From an uncultured Chloroflexia bacterium (GTDB lineage Bacteria; Chloroflexota; Limnocylindria; Limnocylindrales; CSP1-4): a stretch of 64,000 nt of DNA. How positions within the stretch are numbered: the stretch's first letter is position 1; each line of letters starts with the position of its first letter. This document shows, one piece after another, positions 54,136 to 62,442 of the stretch. Location: NCBI GenBank assembly GCA_963707395.1, contig CAVPPQ010000008.1:2747-66746 (forward strand), read 5' to 3'. Under the pieces are notes generated by a model, which did not search any database, was not told where the DNA came from, and worked only from the letters and a program-made list of their open reading frames with translations. The position numbers and the translations under genes are program-made.

Positions 54136-55156
54136 CCCTGTCGATGCAGACCGAGATCCTGGAGCTGATCTTCCGCGAGCCCTTCCACATCGCCCGCACG
54201 GAAGACTCGGCGGCCATGCGCGTCGTCGCCGTGGACCTCGACCTGGACGGGGTCGACTGGCATCGGGGAGTGCAACCCGCTCGCCTACTACGGGGAGACG
54301 CCGGAGACGGTGCTGACCGTGCTGCCGCGGCTGCTGGGTGCGCTCGAGGGCCTCGGCCCGCTGCCCGCGGATCGCGCCGCCGTGCTGGCCTGGCTGGAGC
54401 GCTCGACGTTCCTCATGAACGACACGCTCGGGAACCATGGCGCCGCCAAGGCTGGCCTGGATGCGGCCCTCCACGACCTGGCCGGCAAGGCGCTGGGGCT
54501 GCCGGTCTGGCAGCTCCTCGGCACCTCGGACCAGCTGCCCCCGACCGACTACTCGCTGGGCATCGACGAGCCGGCCGTGGTCGCCGAGCGGGCGCAGCCG
54601 CGCGGCCCGCTTCCCGGCCCTCAAGATCAAGGTCGGCGGCCCGGCGGACATCGAGACGCTGGAGGCCGTGCGCGCGGTGTACGGCGGGCCGCTCCGCGTG
54701 GACGCCAACACCGGCTGGCAGCCGGAGCAGGCCGCGGCGCTCATCCCGGAGCTGGAGCGGCTCGGCGTGGAGCTCATCGAGCAGCCCTTCCCGGCCCGCG
54801 CCCTGGCGGAGCTGCGCTGGCTCCGCGAGCGCAGCAGCCTGCCCATCATGGCCGACGAGTCGGCCGTCTTCGAGACGGACCTCGAGATGCTCGAGGGGGT
54901 CGTCGACGGGGTCGTCGTCAAGCTCGCGAAGTGCGGCGGCATCGGCCCCGGGCTGCGCATGATCCGGCGCGCCCGCCAGCTGGGCATGAAGGTCATGCTC
55001 GGCTGCATGGTGGAGTCGAGCCTCGGGGTGGCCGCCGCCGCGATGGTCGCCTCGGAGGTGGACTGGCTGGACCTGGACGGCAACCTCATGCTGGTCCACG
55101 ACCCCTTCGGCGGCATGGAGCTGGGCGACGACTGCCGCTGGCGGCTCGTCGACTGA
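54132..55156 (+). pseudogene. Enolase-superfamily dipeptide epimerase / N-acyl-amino-acid racemase (L-Ala-D/L-Glu epimerase-like) with two frameshifts (about 54249-54252 and about 54598, one extra base each)
   Basis: Frame 0 reads MTLSMQTEILELIFREPFHIARTE...VDLDLDG. Frame 1 reads STGIGECNPLAYYGETPE...AAKAGLDAALHDLAGKALGLPVWQLLG...DEPAVVAERAQ. Frame 2 reads AARFPALKIKVGG...LRVDANTGW...ELIEQPF...IMADES...VVKLAKCGG...GCMVES. The first shift falls in a G4 run. ATGA overlap with the DUF1611 gene. Confidence 0.8.
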
Positions 55157-55205
55157 GCCCGGCCTGGGCGTCTTCCGGAAGCCCTGACGGACGCTGGGCT
55201 TGACG

Positions 55206-55246
55206 CGGGCCTGACGGCCCGACGGACCCGGGCCTGACGGCCCGAC
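55206..55246. repeat. 23-bp-period direct repeat of cgggcctgacggcccgac (2 copies), each a GGGCC-TGAC-GGCCC hairpin
   Basis: Copies lie at 55206..55223 and 55229..55246, just downstream of the epimerase stop. Confidence 0.8.
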
Positions 55247-55287
55247 TGACGCCCGGCTGTCCGATCCGAGGGGCCCCGGGGCGGGCC

Positions 55288-55320
55288 TGTGGACAAGGTC
55301 GTGGACAAGTTCGTGGACGA
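55288..55320. promoter_or_regulatory. Three direct 12-bp-spaced (T/C)GTGGAC(A/G)A boxes resembling the high-GC DnaA box
   Basis: TGTGGACAA (55288), cGTGGACAA (55300) and cGTGGACgA (55312). The first equals the reverse complement of the actinobacterial DnaA-box consensus TTGTCCACA, which I recall from memory. Confidence 0.3.
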
Positions 55321-55533
55321 GCCGCTAGCGGCCGCGGAAGGCCCCGACGTATCATCCGCGCAGCCCTTCGGGGGGACCTCCCGAGGGCCCAGTGGAGAGG
55401 TGGCCCGGGGGTCTGCGGACGTCTCGCGGGTCGGTCCAGGCGCCGTGAGCCAGCGGTCGTGCGGCACGGCGTCCGGTGATGTCATCAGTTTCGATGCGGG
55501 CGTCTTCGCGCGCCCGGAACAAGGTGGGAGAGG

Positions 55534-55902
55534 GTGTCGACAGAGCGGCCGGGCAACGCACTGCCCCGAAGGTTTGAAGAGGACGAGCACAGCTGGGGAC
55601 CAGTCGCCGGCAGAGTCGTGCCGGCCTCCTCGCAGGCCAGCTGCGAGGACGGCCCCGATCCCGACCGCGAGGCTCTCGCCTTCGTGCGCTTCTGCTACCG
55701 CCGGCGTGCCGTGGCCTGGCCGGAACTCTACGACGAGATGTGCGCCGTGGCCGCCCGCGGCGACTACCGTGGCCTGGGCTATGAGCAGCTCGAGGACCTC
55801 GGCATCCGCTTCGCCCTGGCTGCCCTGCCCCGGCTGGCCGAGATGGCCGGCCGCGTCATGAGCGAGGAGCGAACCCGGCCCATGGCCATCGCTGCCGCCT
55901 GA
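55534..55902 (+). CDS. Hypothetical protein (about 90-122 aa)
   Basis: The ORF has a protein-like C-terminal two thirds (EALAFVRFCYRRRAVAWPELYDEMCAVAARGDYRGLGYEQLEDLGIRFALAALPRLAEMAGRV). The start is uncertain because GTG 55534 has poor RBS spacing. I cannot name a family. Confidence 0.5.
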   Translation: MSTERPGNALPRRFEEDEHSWGPVAGRVVPASSQASCEDGPDPDREALAFVRFCYRRRAVAWPELYDEMCAVAARGDYRGLGYEQLEDLGIRFALAALPRLAEMAGRVMSEERTRPMAIAAA

Positions 55903-55930
55903 CCCGCCAGCCCTCCGTCTCGGTGGCGGG
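55903..55930. terminator. Hairpin between convergent genes
   Basis: cccgcca-N14-tggcggg (7-bp stem with a long loop). Confidence 0.3.
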
Positions 55931-55960
55931 CCCGGGACCGGGCCGATGACGTGCTGGCTG

Positions 55961-57613
55961 CTACTTCCTGACCCAGGTGAGCGTCGACTCGTACTGCCAA
56001 GCGGTGTCCCTCCAGTAGATCGTGAACGTAGCGGGCACGCTGCCGCCGACCTTGGCCGGCATACCGCTGGCCTTGACTCCGATCTTCGCGTCGCTCGTGA
56101 GGTGCTTGGTGAAGTCGTCCGATATGACGCCCGCGCCTTTCATCGTTCCCTCCATGCGCATGGGACCGCTGCCGCGCAGCCAGAAGGTGCCCTTCTTGGG
56201 GTCGGCCACCTGGACCCAGCACTCGTCGAGCTTGGCCTCGCCCTTGAGCTTGGTGCTTTCGAGCGCGGCGAGGACGGGGCCCGCCACCGCCGAGGCATTC
56301 AGGCTCATGTCCAGGCGCCCGCGCATCCAGCAGAAGGCGAACTTGCCGGTGAGGGCAGGGGACGTCAGCGTTCCATCGGCGCCCAAGGTCGCCTCCACCT
56401 GCTGGACGTTCCGCGTAACCGTGCCGCTCACGGCCAATGCGAAGCGATAGTCGGGTACGAGCGGGGCAAGGTCGCCCCAGGCGCCGGGATCGCCATCGAC
56501 GGTTGTGTCGCTGAACGACGTGACGAGGGCCGTCACCATCGTCGTCTTGCCCTGCTTGGAGACGCTCGATGCGAGGGGCTGGGCAGTCTCCGCGTCGGTG
56601 AACGTCACCACCGCGGCCTCGTCCGGCACCTTGCCCTTCAGCGCGAAGGTGACGATGGCCGGGCTGGCCAGCTGGAGGTGCTGGCCCTCGTTGCCCTTCT
56701 GCTCCACGAGCACGCCAGGCGTGAGGGGATCGCCCCTGTCGGTGCTCGGCTCACCGAGCGGCGTGACCACGACGGTCATGTCTTCTGGCACCGACCCCGC
56801 CGGAAAGGCGATCGTCGTGACCGTGCCGTCGGCGTTCGTCACCTCGACCACGCCGCCCGATGCGGCGGAGACCTGCGCCTCCTCGGCGCTGGCAGCGGTG
56901 GCATCGGTGGCCGTGGCGTCGGCCGTGGGTGCGGCGCTGGCGTCGGCCGCAGGCGCGGCACTGGCTGCGGTGCTGGCCGCGGCCGCGGGGTCGGCGCCTG
57001 CCGCCATGCCCGCGTAGATGGGCGGGAAGGCGGAGGGGTCCGCGCGGAAGAGTGGCGCCAGGTCGGCGCCCCGGATCACGTCGTCGCTGTGGTAGGCGAG
57101 GCCCCATTCGTCGATGGTCGAGCCGTCCGGGAAGACGCACATGGCCACCACCTGGTCGTCCGGGTCGTCGAGGTTCACCCAGCCACCACCGGCCGCGCCC
57201 GACCCCCACTGCGACGAACCACCCAGGTCAGCGCAGTAGAAGGAGGCCGGGTTGCCGGCGGGCGGCTCGTCGCTCATGGGCACCTTGGCCAGGTAGGCCG
57301 CGGCCGCCAGGCTGGGTGACTCCGACCAGAGTGTCAGCAGGTCCACGTAGATGCGCGACCCGGCCTCGTCATCGGCCTTGAAGCGGCAGACCTCCATCGT
57401 CCGCCCCAGGTCCACCCATTGCGACGGGTCGCTGTTGGTGTTCCACGTCGCCTGCCGCTCCTGGACCTGGCCGCCCACGGAGACGCAGTAGTCCTGGGCC
57501 GCGTCCACGTCCCAGGTCACCGAGGCGGCGGCTGGCGGGGCAGATGCCAGCAGGATCGACAGGCAGGCCGTCGACAGCGCCAGGCGCGAGCGCGCCACCC
57601 GAAGGACGTTCAT
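55961..57613 (-). CDS. Secreted protein with two DUF333-like (putative-hemolysin-type) Cys-containing modules, an Ala-rich linker and a roughly 300-aa beta-rich C-terminal region of unknown function
   Basis: Signal peptide MNVLRVARSRLALSTACLSILLASAPPAAAS. Module 1 reads YCVSVGG...VCRF. Module 2 reads NPASFYCADLGG...AMCVFPDGSTIDEWGL, matching the DUF333 pattern NPAS.YC...GG....C.F.DGS..DEW. Confidence 0.75.
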   Translation of the reverse strand: MNVLRVARSRLALSTACLSILLASAPPAAASVTWDVDAAQDYCVSVGGQVQERQATWNTNSDPSQWVDLGRTMEVCRFKADDEAGSRIYVDLLTLWSESPSLAAAAYLAKVPMSDEPPAGNPASFYCADLGGSSQWGSGAAGGGWVNLDDPDDQVVAMCVFPDGSTIDEWGLAYHSDDVIRGADLAPLFRADPSAFPPIYAGMAAGADPAAAASTAASAAPAADASAAPTADATATDATAASAEEAQVSAASGGVVEVTNADGTVTTIAFPAGSVPEDMTVVVTPLGEPSTDRGDPLTPGVLVEQKGNEGQHLQLASPAIVTFALKGKVPDEAAVVTFTDAETAQPLASSVSKQGKTTMVTALVTSFSDTTVDGDPGAWGDLAPLVPDYRFALAVSGTVTRNVQQVEATLGADGTLTSPALTGKFAFCWMRGRLDMSLNASAVAGPVLAALESTKLKGEAKLDECWVQVADPKKGTFWLRGSGPMRMEGTMKGAGVISDDFTKHLTSDAKIGVKASGMPAKVGGSVPATFTIYWRDTAWQYESTLTWVRK

Positions 57614-58027
57614 CGTGGCCCCCTTCCACCTCCGTCAACTCGGCGCCGACGACGCGTGGCGCCCGTCTCGCCGATGCCATCATCGACCTGTCCGGCCCGT
57701 CGTTCAAGCGACACGTGCGACACGCGCTTGACCCTGTGCTCCACGCGCCGACCATCTCGCGGTGACGTCCGGCACTGGCGCCACCTCGACTGAACGTTCA
57801 GGCTGAGGCCCCACGAGTCGAGCGAGGTACCGTGACAGGGATGCGCTGGGGCAGCGTCGTGACCGGCTTGCGCTCGCGGTGGGCGTCCTGCCTCAAGCGT
57901 CGCCCTGTCCAGCGGACGGCCCGGCACCAGAGGTCGCTGACCATCTGGGACGTGAGCGGGGTATCGTGTGACCGGGATGTCGCGGAGCAGCGTCAGGACG
58001 GCGCTGCCGGGAGGATGGAGGACGAAG

Positions 58028-58498
58028 ATGGAACGAAGACCGGAAGCCATCGACATGACCGCCCTGGCTGCGCGCATCCGGCCGCTCGCGCACCAGGCGT
58101 CGGTGGGTCTTGGGCAGGCCTCGGAGGACCTGCGTCAGACGCTCGACCACGCCGGCGACGCCATCGCGATCCGGGTCGCGGACGGCTGGCCTGACGACTG
58201 GGAGGACGCCATCCGTCGGAGCCCGCTGCTGCTGGCCGTCGTGAGCCGTCTGCGCCATCCCGTGCCGCTCGGCGACGGCACCTGGAGCCTCGGCCGCTGG
58301 CTGCTGCTGGCGACCGTCGTGGCCACCATCACGGCGCTGGCCGCCGCGGCCCTCACCAGCGTCCTGCGCTCGCGCCGTGACCGTGGACCCGCGCCCGCGG
58401 AGGATGCCGCGGCGCCCATCGTCATCCCGGTGTCGCTGCCACCCGCGGCGGTCGGACCGGACGTCAAGGCCAACGTAGAGTCGTTGCGATCCGCCTGA
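58028..58498 (+). CDS. Hypothetical single-pass membrane protein
   Basis: ORF 57968..58498 trimmed to ATG 58028, preceded by GGAGGATGGAGGA. There is one TM segment (WLLLATVVATITALAAAALTSVL). No recognisable family. Confidence 0.5.
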   Translation: MERRPEAIDMTALAARIRPLAHQASVGLGQASEDLRQTLDHAGDAIAIRVADGWPDDWEDAIRRSPLLLAVVSRLRHPVPLGDGTWSLGRWLLLATVVATITALAAAALTSVLRSRRDRGPAPAEDAAAPIVIPVSLPPAAVGPDVKANVESLRSA

Positions 58499-58526
58499 GC
58501 GGAGACGTCGAGATCCGCCTGAGCGG

Positions 58527-59586
58527 TCAGCCGGGGGCGACCTCACGGCTGCTCTGGCGGACGACGAGGGTGGGCTGAAGCAGGTTGACGCGCGGGAGGT
58601 CCACCTCCTCCGGCTGACGCCCCGGCCGGGCGACCCGGATCGCCCGCACGATGACCTCGACTGCGAGCGCGCCGGCGTCCGCGAGGGGCTGACGGACCGT
58701 CGTCAGGGGCGGCCAGAAGTGCGAGCCCTCGGCGATGTCGTCCACGCCGACCACCGACAGTCCTTCCGGGATGCTCAAGCCGAGGCGGTGGGCCGCGTGC
58801 AGCACGCCCAGGGCCATCTGGTCGTTGCTGGCAAAGACCGCGTCGATGTCCGGCGTCCTCCGCAGCAACTCGTAGAGGCCCTCCTCGCCGCTCGAGGGCG
58901 TCCAGTCCCCCTCGGCGATGAGCTCGTCAACGGGCTGCGCGCCCGCCGAGCTCATGGTCTCCCGCCAGCCGGCCAGGCGCTCCCGGGCCTCCCACCAGTC
59001 CAGCGGCCCGGTGACGATGGCCACACGCCTGGCGCCGCCCTGCAGCAAGTGGCGTGTCGCCAGCCGCCCGATGGCACGATTGTCGATGCCGATCGACGGC
59101 GGCAGGTCGTCACCGGTGGTGCCACCGACGATGACCAGCGGCACGGGCACGGCTGGCGCCCGATCGTGCAGCCAGGCGCGGTTGCCGGCGATCTCGGGGA
59201 TGGCCCAGACGATGCCGTCCACCTGGCGCCCGGCGAGCGCCGCCAGCACCTCGTCCACGTCCTCCATCTCGGGTCGATGGATGAGCGTCAGTGACATCGA
59301 GTAGCCCAGGGCTGCGGCCGCCTGCTCGAGACCCGGTCAGGATCCGTGACGGGCCGAAGTAGTCGAGCCCGTAGACGACGACGCCGAGGCTGTGGCTGCG
59401 GCCCTGCGTGAGCCCGCGAGCCAGCATGTTGGGCAGGTAGCCCGTGTCCGTGATGACGCGCTGAACACGCTCGAACGTCTCGGGGGCGACGTCAGGGCGG
59501 TCATTGAGCACCCGCGAGACGGTCTGGGTGGAAACGCCCGCAGCAAGCGCCACGTCCCTGATGGTCACTCGTCTTCGCCTGGTCAC
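58527..59586 (-). pseudogene. LacI-family transcriptional regulator with a frameshift near 59330-59336 (one extra base)
   Basis: The HTH (VTIRDVALAAGVSTQTVSRVLN...YLPNMLARGL) reads to ..SRILTG in ORF 59110..59586. It continues as LEQAAAALGYSMSLTLIH... through the periplasmic-binding-fold domain in ORF 58527..59297. The 1060-nt span equals 353 codons plus 1 nt. Confidence 0.85.
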
Positions 59587-59698
59587 GATGCCTGCTCCTC
59601 GGTCGTGCCTGGCTCCCGTCAGCGCCTCCGCCAGGGCCCGATCCAGGGGTCGGGGGTCTTGACAGCGGGCACGGGCTCATCCACTCTGTCCACGTTCC

Positions 59699-59722
59699 GT
59701 TACCGATGCCGGGAACGGTAAC
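59699..59722. promoter_or_regulatory. Inverted repeat GTTACCG-N10-CGGTAAC in the lacI/ABC divergent region (candidate operator)
   Basis: Perfect 7-bp arms at 59699..59705 and 59716..59722. TTGACAGCGG lies at 59659..59668 upstream. Confidence 0.3.
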
Positions 59723-59807
59723 AGCGCATCGGACGCGCGGCAAGAGGCCAGGCCGATCGAGGGGGTAGTCTCGATTGAGCGTGCAGGGAACGAGCCCGCC
59801 CATCGCA

Positions 59808-61373
59808 ATGCCGTCACCCCCTGTCCTCCTGGAGGCGCGTGGCATCAGCAAGCGTTTCGGGGGCATCCAGGCGCTCGATTCGGTGGACCTCACGCTGCGT
59901 ACCGGGGAGGTCATGGCCCTCGCCGGTGAGAACGGCGCCGGCAAGTCGACGCTCATCAAGATCCTCGCCGGTGCCTACCAGCGGGATGCCGGTGAGGTCA
60001 AGATCGACGGTCGCCCCGTGGGCATCCACAGCCCCGATGAATCGGAGCGCCTGGGGATCAGCGTCATCTACCAGGAGTTCAACCTGACGCCCAACCAGAC
60101 GGTCGCGGAGAACGTGTTCCTGCGCAACCCGCATCGCCGCCCCGGCCTGCTGGGGCGCCTGAACATCGTCGACCAGGGCGCGCGGCGCAGGGCGACCCGG
60201 GAGCTCATGGAGCAGGTCGGCAGCGCCGTCGACCCCGACCAGAAGGTCTCCGAGCTCACGGTGGCACACCAGCAGATGACGGAGATCGCCAAGGCCCTGG
60301 CCATGGACGCCCGCATCCTCATCATGGACGAGCCGACCTCCACGCTGCCCGACGCCGAGGTCGACATCCTCTTCGACATCATCCGAGGGCTGAAGGCCCG
60401 CGGCATCGCGGTCGTCTTCGTCTCGCACCGCCTGGAGGAGACCCGCCGCATCGCCGACCGCGTGACCGTGCTGCGCGACGGCCAGTTCGTGGGCGAGGAG
60501 CTCGTGGCGGACGTCAGCGACCAGCAGATCATCCGCATGATGGTCGGGCGCGTCGTGGAGACGCTCTTCCCCAAGACGGAGGCCAGTCCGGCGGAGACGG
60601 TCCTGTCCGTGCGCGGTCTCACGCGTAAAGGCGTCCTGAAGGACATCTCCTTCGACGTTCGTCGAGGCGAGGTCCTGGGCCTGGCCGGGCTCGTCGGTGC
60701 CGGCCGGACGGAGATCGCCCGCTGCATCTTCGGCGCCGACAGCTTCGAGGAGGGCACCATCACGCTGGACGGCGAGCCCGTCACCGTGCGTTCGCCGCAG
60801 GACGCCGTACGACTGGGCATCGGCTACGTCCCCGAGGATCGCAAGCGCCAGGGTCTCTTCCTGGAGATGTCCGTCCGCGACAACATCGCCATGAGCGTGG
60901 CGCACCGCATGACGCGCGGCGGCTTCGTCGATCGAGCCGCCGTGACGGAGGTGGCGTCTTCCTTCCGCGACCGCCTCTCGGTGCGCCCGCCCCAGCTGGA
61001 CGTGGCGGTGAGTCGCCTGTCGGGCGGCAACCAGCAGAAGGTCGCCCTCGCCAAGTGGCTGGCCCTGCGGCCCAAGCTCCTCATCCTCGACGAGCCCACG
61101 CGTGGCATCGACGTGGGCGCCAAGGCCGAGGTCCATGCCCTCATCGACGAGCTGGCCCACGAAGGCATCGGCATCATCCTCATCTCCTCGGAGCTGCCCG
61201 AGGTCCTCAACATGAGCGACCGCATCATCGTCGTGGCGGAGGGCGAGATCGTGGGCGAGCTCTCGCGGGCGGAGGCGACGCAGGAGCGCTGCCTCGAGCT
61301 GTCGAGCGTCAAGTCGTCGCGAACGATCGTGCGTCCCGAGACGAGCCCAGGCCCATGGCAGACGTCAGCGTGA
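59808..61373 (+). CDS. Monosaccharide (ribose/xylose/galactose-type, CUT2) ABC transporter ATP-binding protein with duplicated NBDs
   Basis: ORF open from TTG 59775, with ATG at 59808. NBD1 carries GENGAGKST and ILIMDEPTSTL. NBD2 carries GLVGAGRTE, LSGGNQQKVALAKWL and LLILDEPTRGID. Confidence 0.9.
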   Translation: MPSPPVLLEARGISKRFGGIQALDSVDLTLRTGEVMALAGENGAGKSTLIKILAGAYQRDAGEVKIDGRPVGIHSPDESERLGISVIYQEFNLTPNQTVAENVFLRNPHRRPGLLGRLNIVDQGARRRATRELMEQVGSAVDPDQKVSELTVAHQQMTEIAKALAMDARILIMDEPTSTLPDAEVDILFDIIRGLKARGIAVVFVSHRLEETRRIADRVTVLRDGQFVGEELVADVSDQQIIRMMVGRVVETLFPKTEASPAETVLSVRGLTRKGVLKDISFDVRRGEVLGLAGLVGAGRTEIARCIFGADSFEEGTITLDGEPVTVRSPQDAVRLGIGYVPEDRKRQGLFLEMSVRDNIAMSVAHRMTRGGFVDRAAVTEVASSFRDRLSVRPPQLDVAVSRLSGGNQQKVALAKWLALRPKLLILDEPTRGIDVGAKAEVHALIDELAHEGIGIILISSELPEVLNMSDRIIVVAEGEIVGELSRAEATQERCLELSSVKSSRTIVRPETSPGPWQTSA

Positions 61374-62344
61374 CACGCGCATCGGCCGTCGCAACCCTGT
61401 CCCGAAGCGCGCGCTGGGTCGTGCGGCGCCCGGAGGCCGGGGTCTTCGGCGTCATCCTGGTCCTGGCTGCCTACCTGACCTACGCCAACCCGCGCTTCCT
61501 GTCGATCGACAACCTCATGAACATCGCCCGCAACTACTCGGACATCGGGATCGGCGCGGTGGGCATGACGCTGGTGCTGCTCATCGGGGGTATCGACCTC
61601 TCCGTCGCCTCGGTCATGGCGCTCGGCGGGCTCGTGGCTGCCATGGCCATGACGACTTGGGGACTGCCCATCCCGGTCGCCATCGTCCTGGGCCTGGCGG
61701 CGGGTGCGCTCGCCGGCGCCGTCAACGGGTTCTTCATCCAGCGTCTTCGGCTCCCGCCCTTCATCGCCACGCTGGGCATGCTCGGGGTGGCTCGAGGCAT
61801 CGTCGTGGGCAGCACGAGCGGCATGGGCGTGAGCGGCCTGCCCAAGGAGTTCACGGCCATCGGCCAGGGCTATATCGGGCCCGTGCCCATCCCGGTCATC
61901 GTCATGATCGTCGTCGCCCTCGTGGTCAGCCTCTTCCTGGCCTACCACCTGTGGGGCACCTACATCTTCTCCATCGGCGGCAACGAGACGGCCGCCACCC
62001 TGACCGGCCTGCCCGTGGCCCGGGTCAAGGTCTTCGTCTATGTCGTCTGTGGGCTGCTGGCCGGGTTGGCCGGTGTGCTGCTCGTGTCCCGCGTGGGGAT
62101 CTCCCTGCCCGGCCAGTCGCTCGGCTATGAGCTCCAGGTCATCGCGGCAGCTGTGATCGGAGGGGTGAGCCTCACCGGTGGCCGAGGCACGGTCCTGGGG
62201 GCCGTGCTGGGCGCCATGCTCATCGGGCTCATCCAGAATGCCCTGGTCCTGCTCCAGGTGCCGCCCTACTGGACCCAGGCCTTCATCGGCGGCATCATCG
62301 TCCTTGCCGCAGTCGTCGACATCCTCAGGCAGCGCCGTGCATAG
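61355..62344 (+). CDS. CUT2 sugar ABC transporter permease (RbsC-like)
   Basis: ORF trimmed to ATG 61355, a 19-nt overlap with the ATPase gene. It has about ten TM segments and contains GGIDLSVASVMAL and GGVSLTGGRGTVLG. Confidence 0.9.
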   Translation: MADVSVTRASAVATLSRSARWVVRRPEAGVFGVILVLAAYLTYANPRFLSIDNLMNIARNYSDIGIGAVGMTLVLLIGGIDLSVASVMALGGLVAAMAMTTWGLPIPVAIVLGLAAGALAGAVNGFFIQRLRLPPFIATLGMLGVARGIVVGSTSGMGVSGLPKEFTAIGQGYIGPVPIPVIVMIVVALVVSLFLAYHLWGTYIFSIGGNETAATLTGLPVARVKVFVYVVCGLLAGLAGVLLVSRVGISLPGQSLGYELQVIAAAVIGGVSLTGGRGTVLGAVLGAMLIGLIQNALVLLQVPPYWTQAFIGGIIVLAAVVDILRQRRA

Positions 62345-62442
62345 CCGTCCTGCCGCCGGCAGCCCCGACCCGGGGAGGAGGTGTGACTGAACGATCCGCG
62401 ACCGATCCATCGTTCCCTGTGAGGACACGAGGAGGAACACCT

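Noticed and set aside
55288-55320. The chromosomal replication origin (oriC).
   Set aside because: There are only three boxes, all in one orientation. There is no AT-rich unwinding element and no dnaA, dnaN or other origin-linked genes nearby.
52807-55590. 927-aa minus-strand ORF. Similar very long ORFs occur at 41004..43940 (-), 32654..34957 (+), 25177..27159 (+), 55946..57319 (+), 14280..15716 (-) and 28890..30155 (-).
   Set aside because: Each lies antisense or out of frame to genes with clear family motifs. Their translations are Arg/Gly/Pro/Ala-rich with no motifs, and they run through intergenic repeats and even the tRNA. This is the classic stop-codon-poor shadow-ORF artefact of roughly 70% GC DNA.
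18575-59586. Programmed ribosomal frameshifting as the explanation for the split genes.
   Set aside because: No slippery heptamer or downstream structure is shared by the seven sites, and the genes are unrelated in function. The shifts sit in ordinary short G/C runs. Sequencing error or mutation is far more parsimonious.
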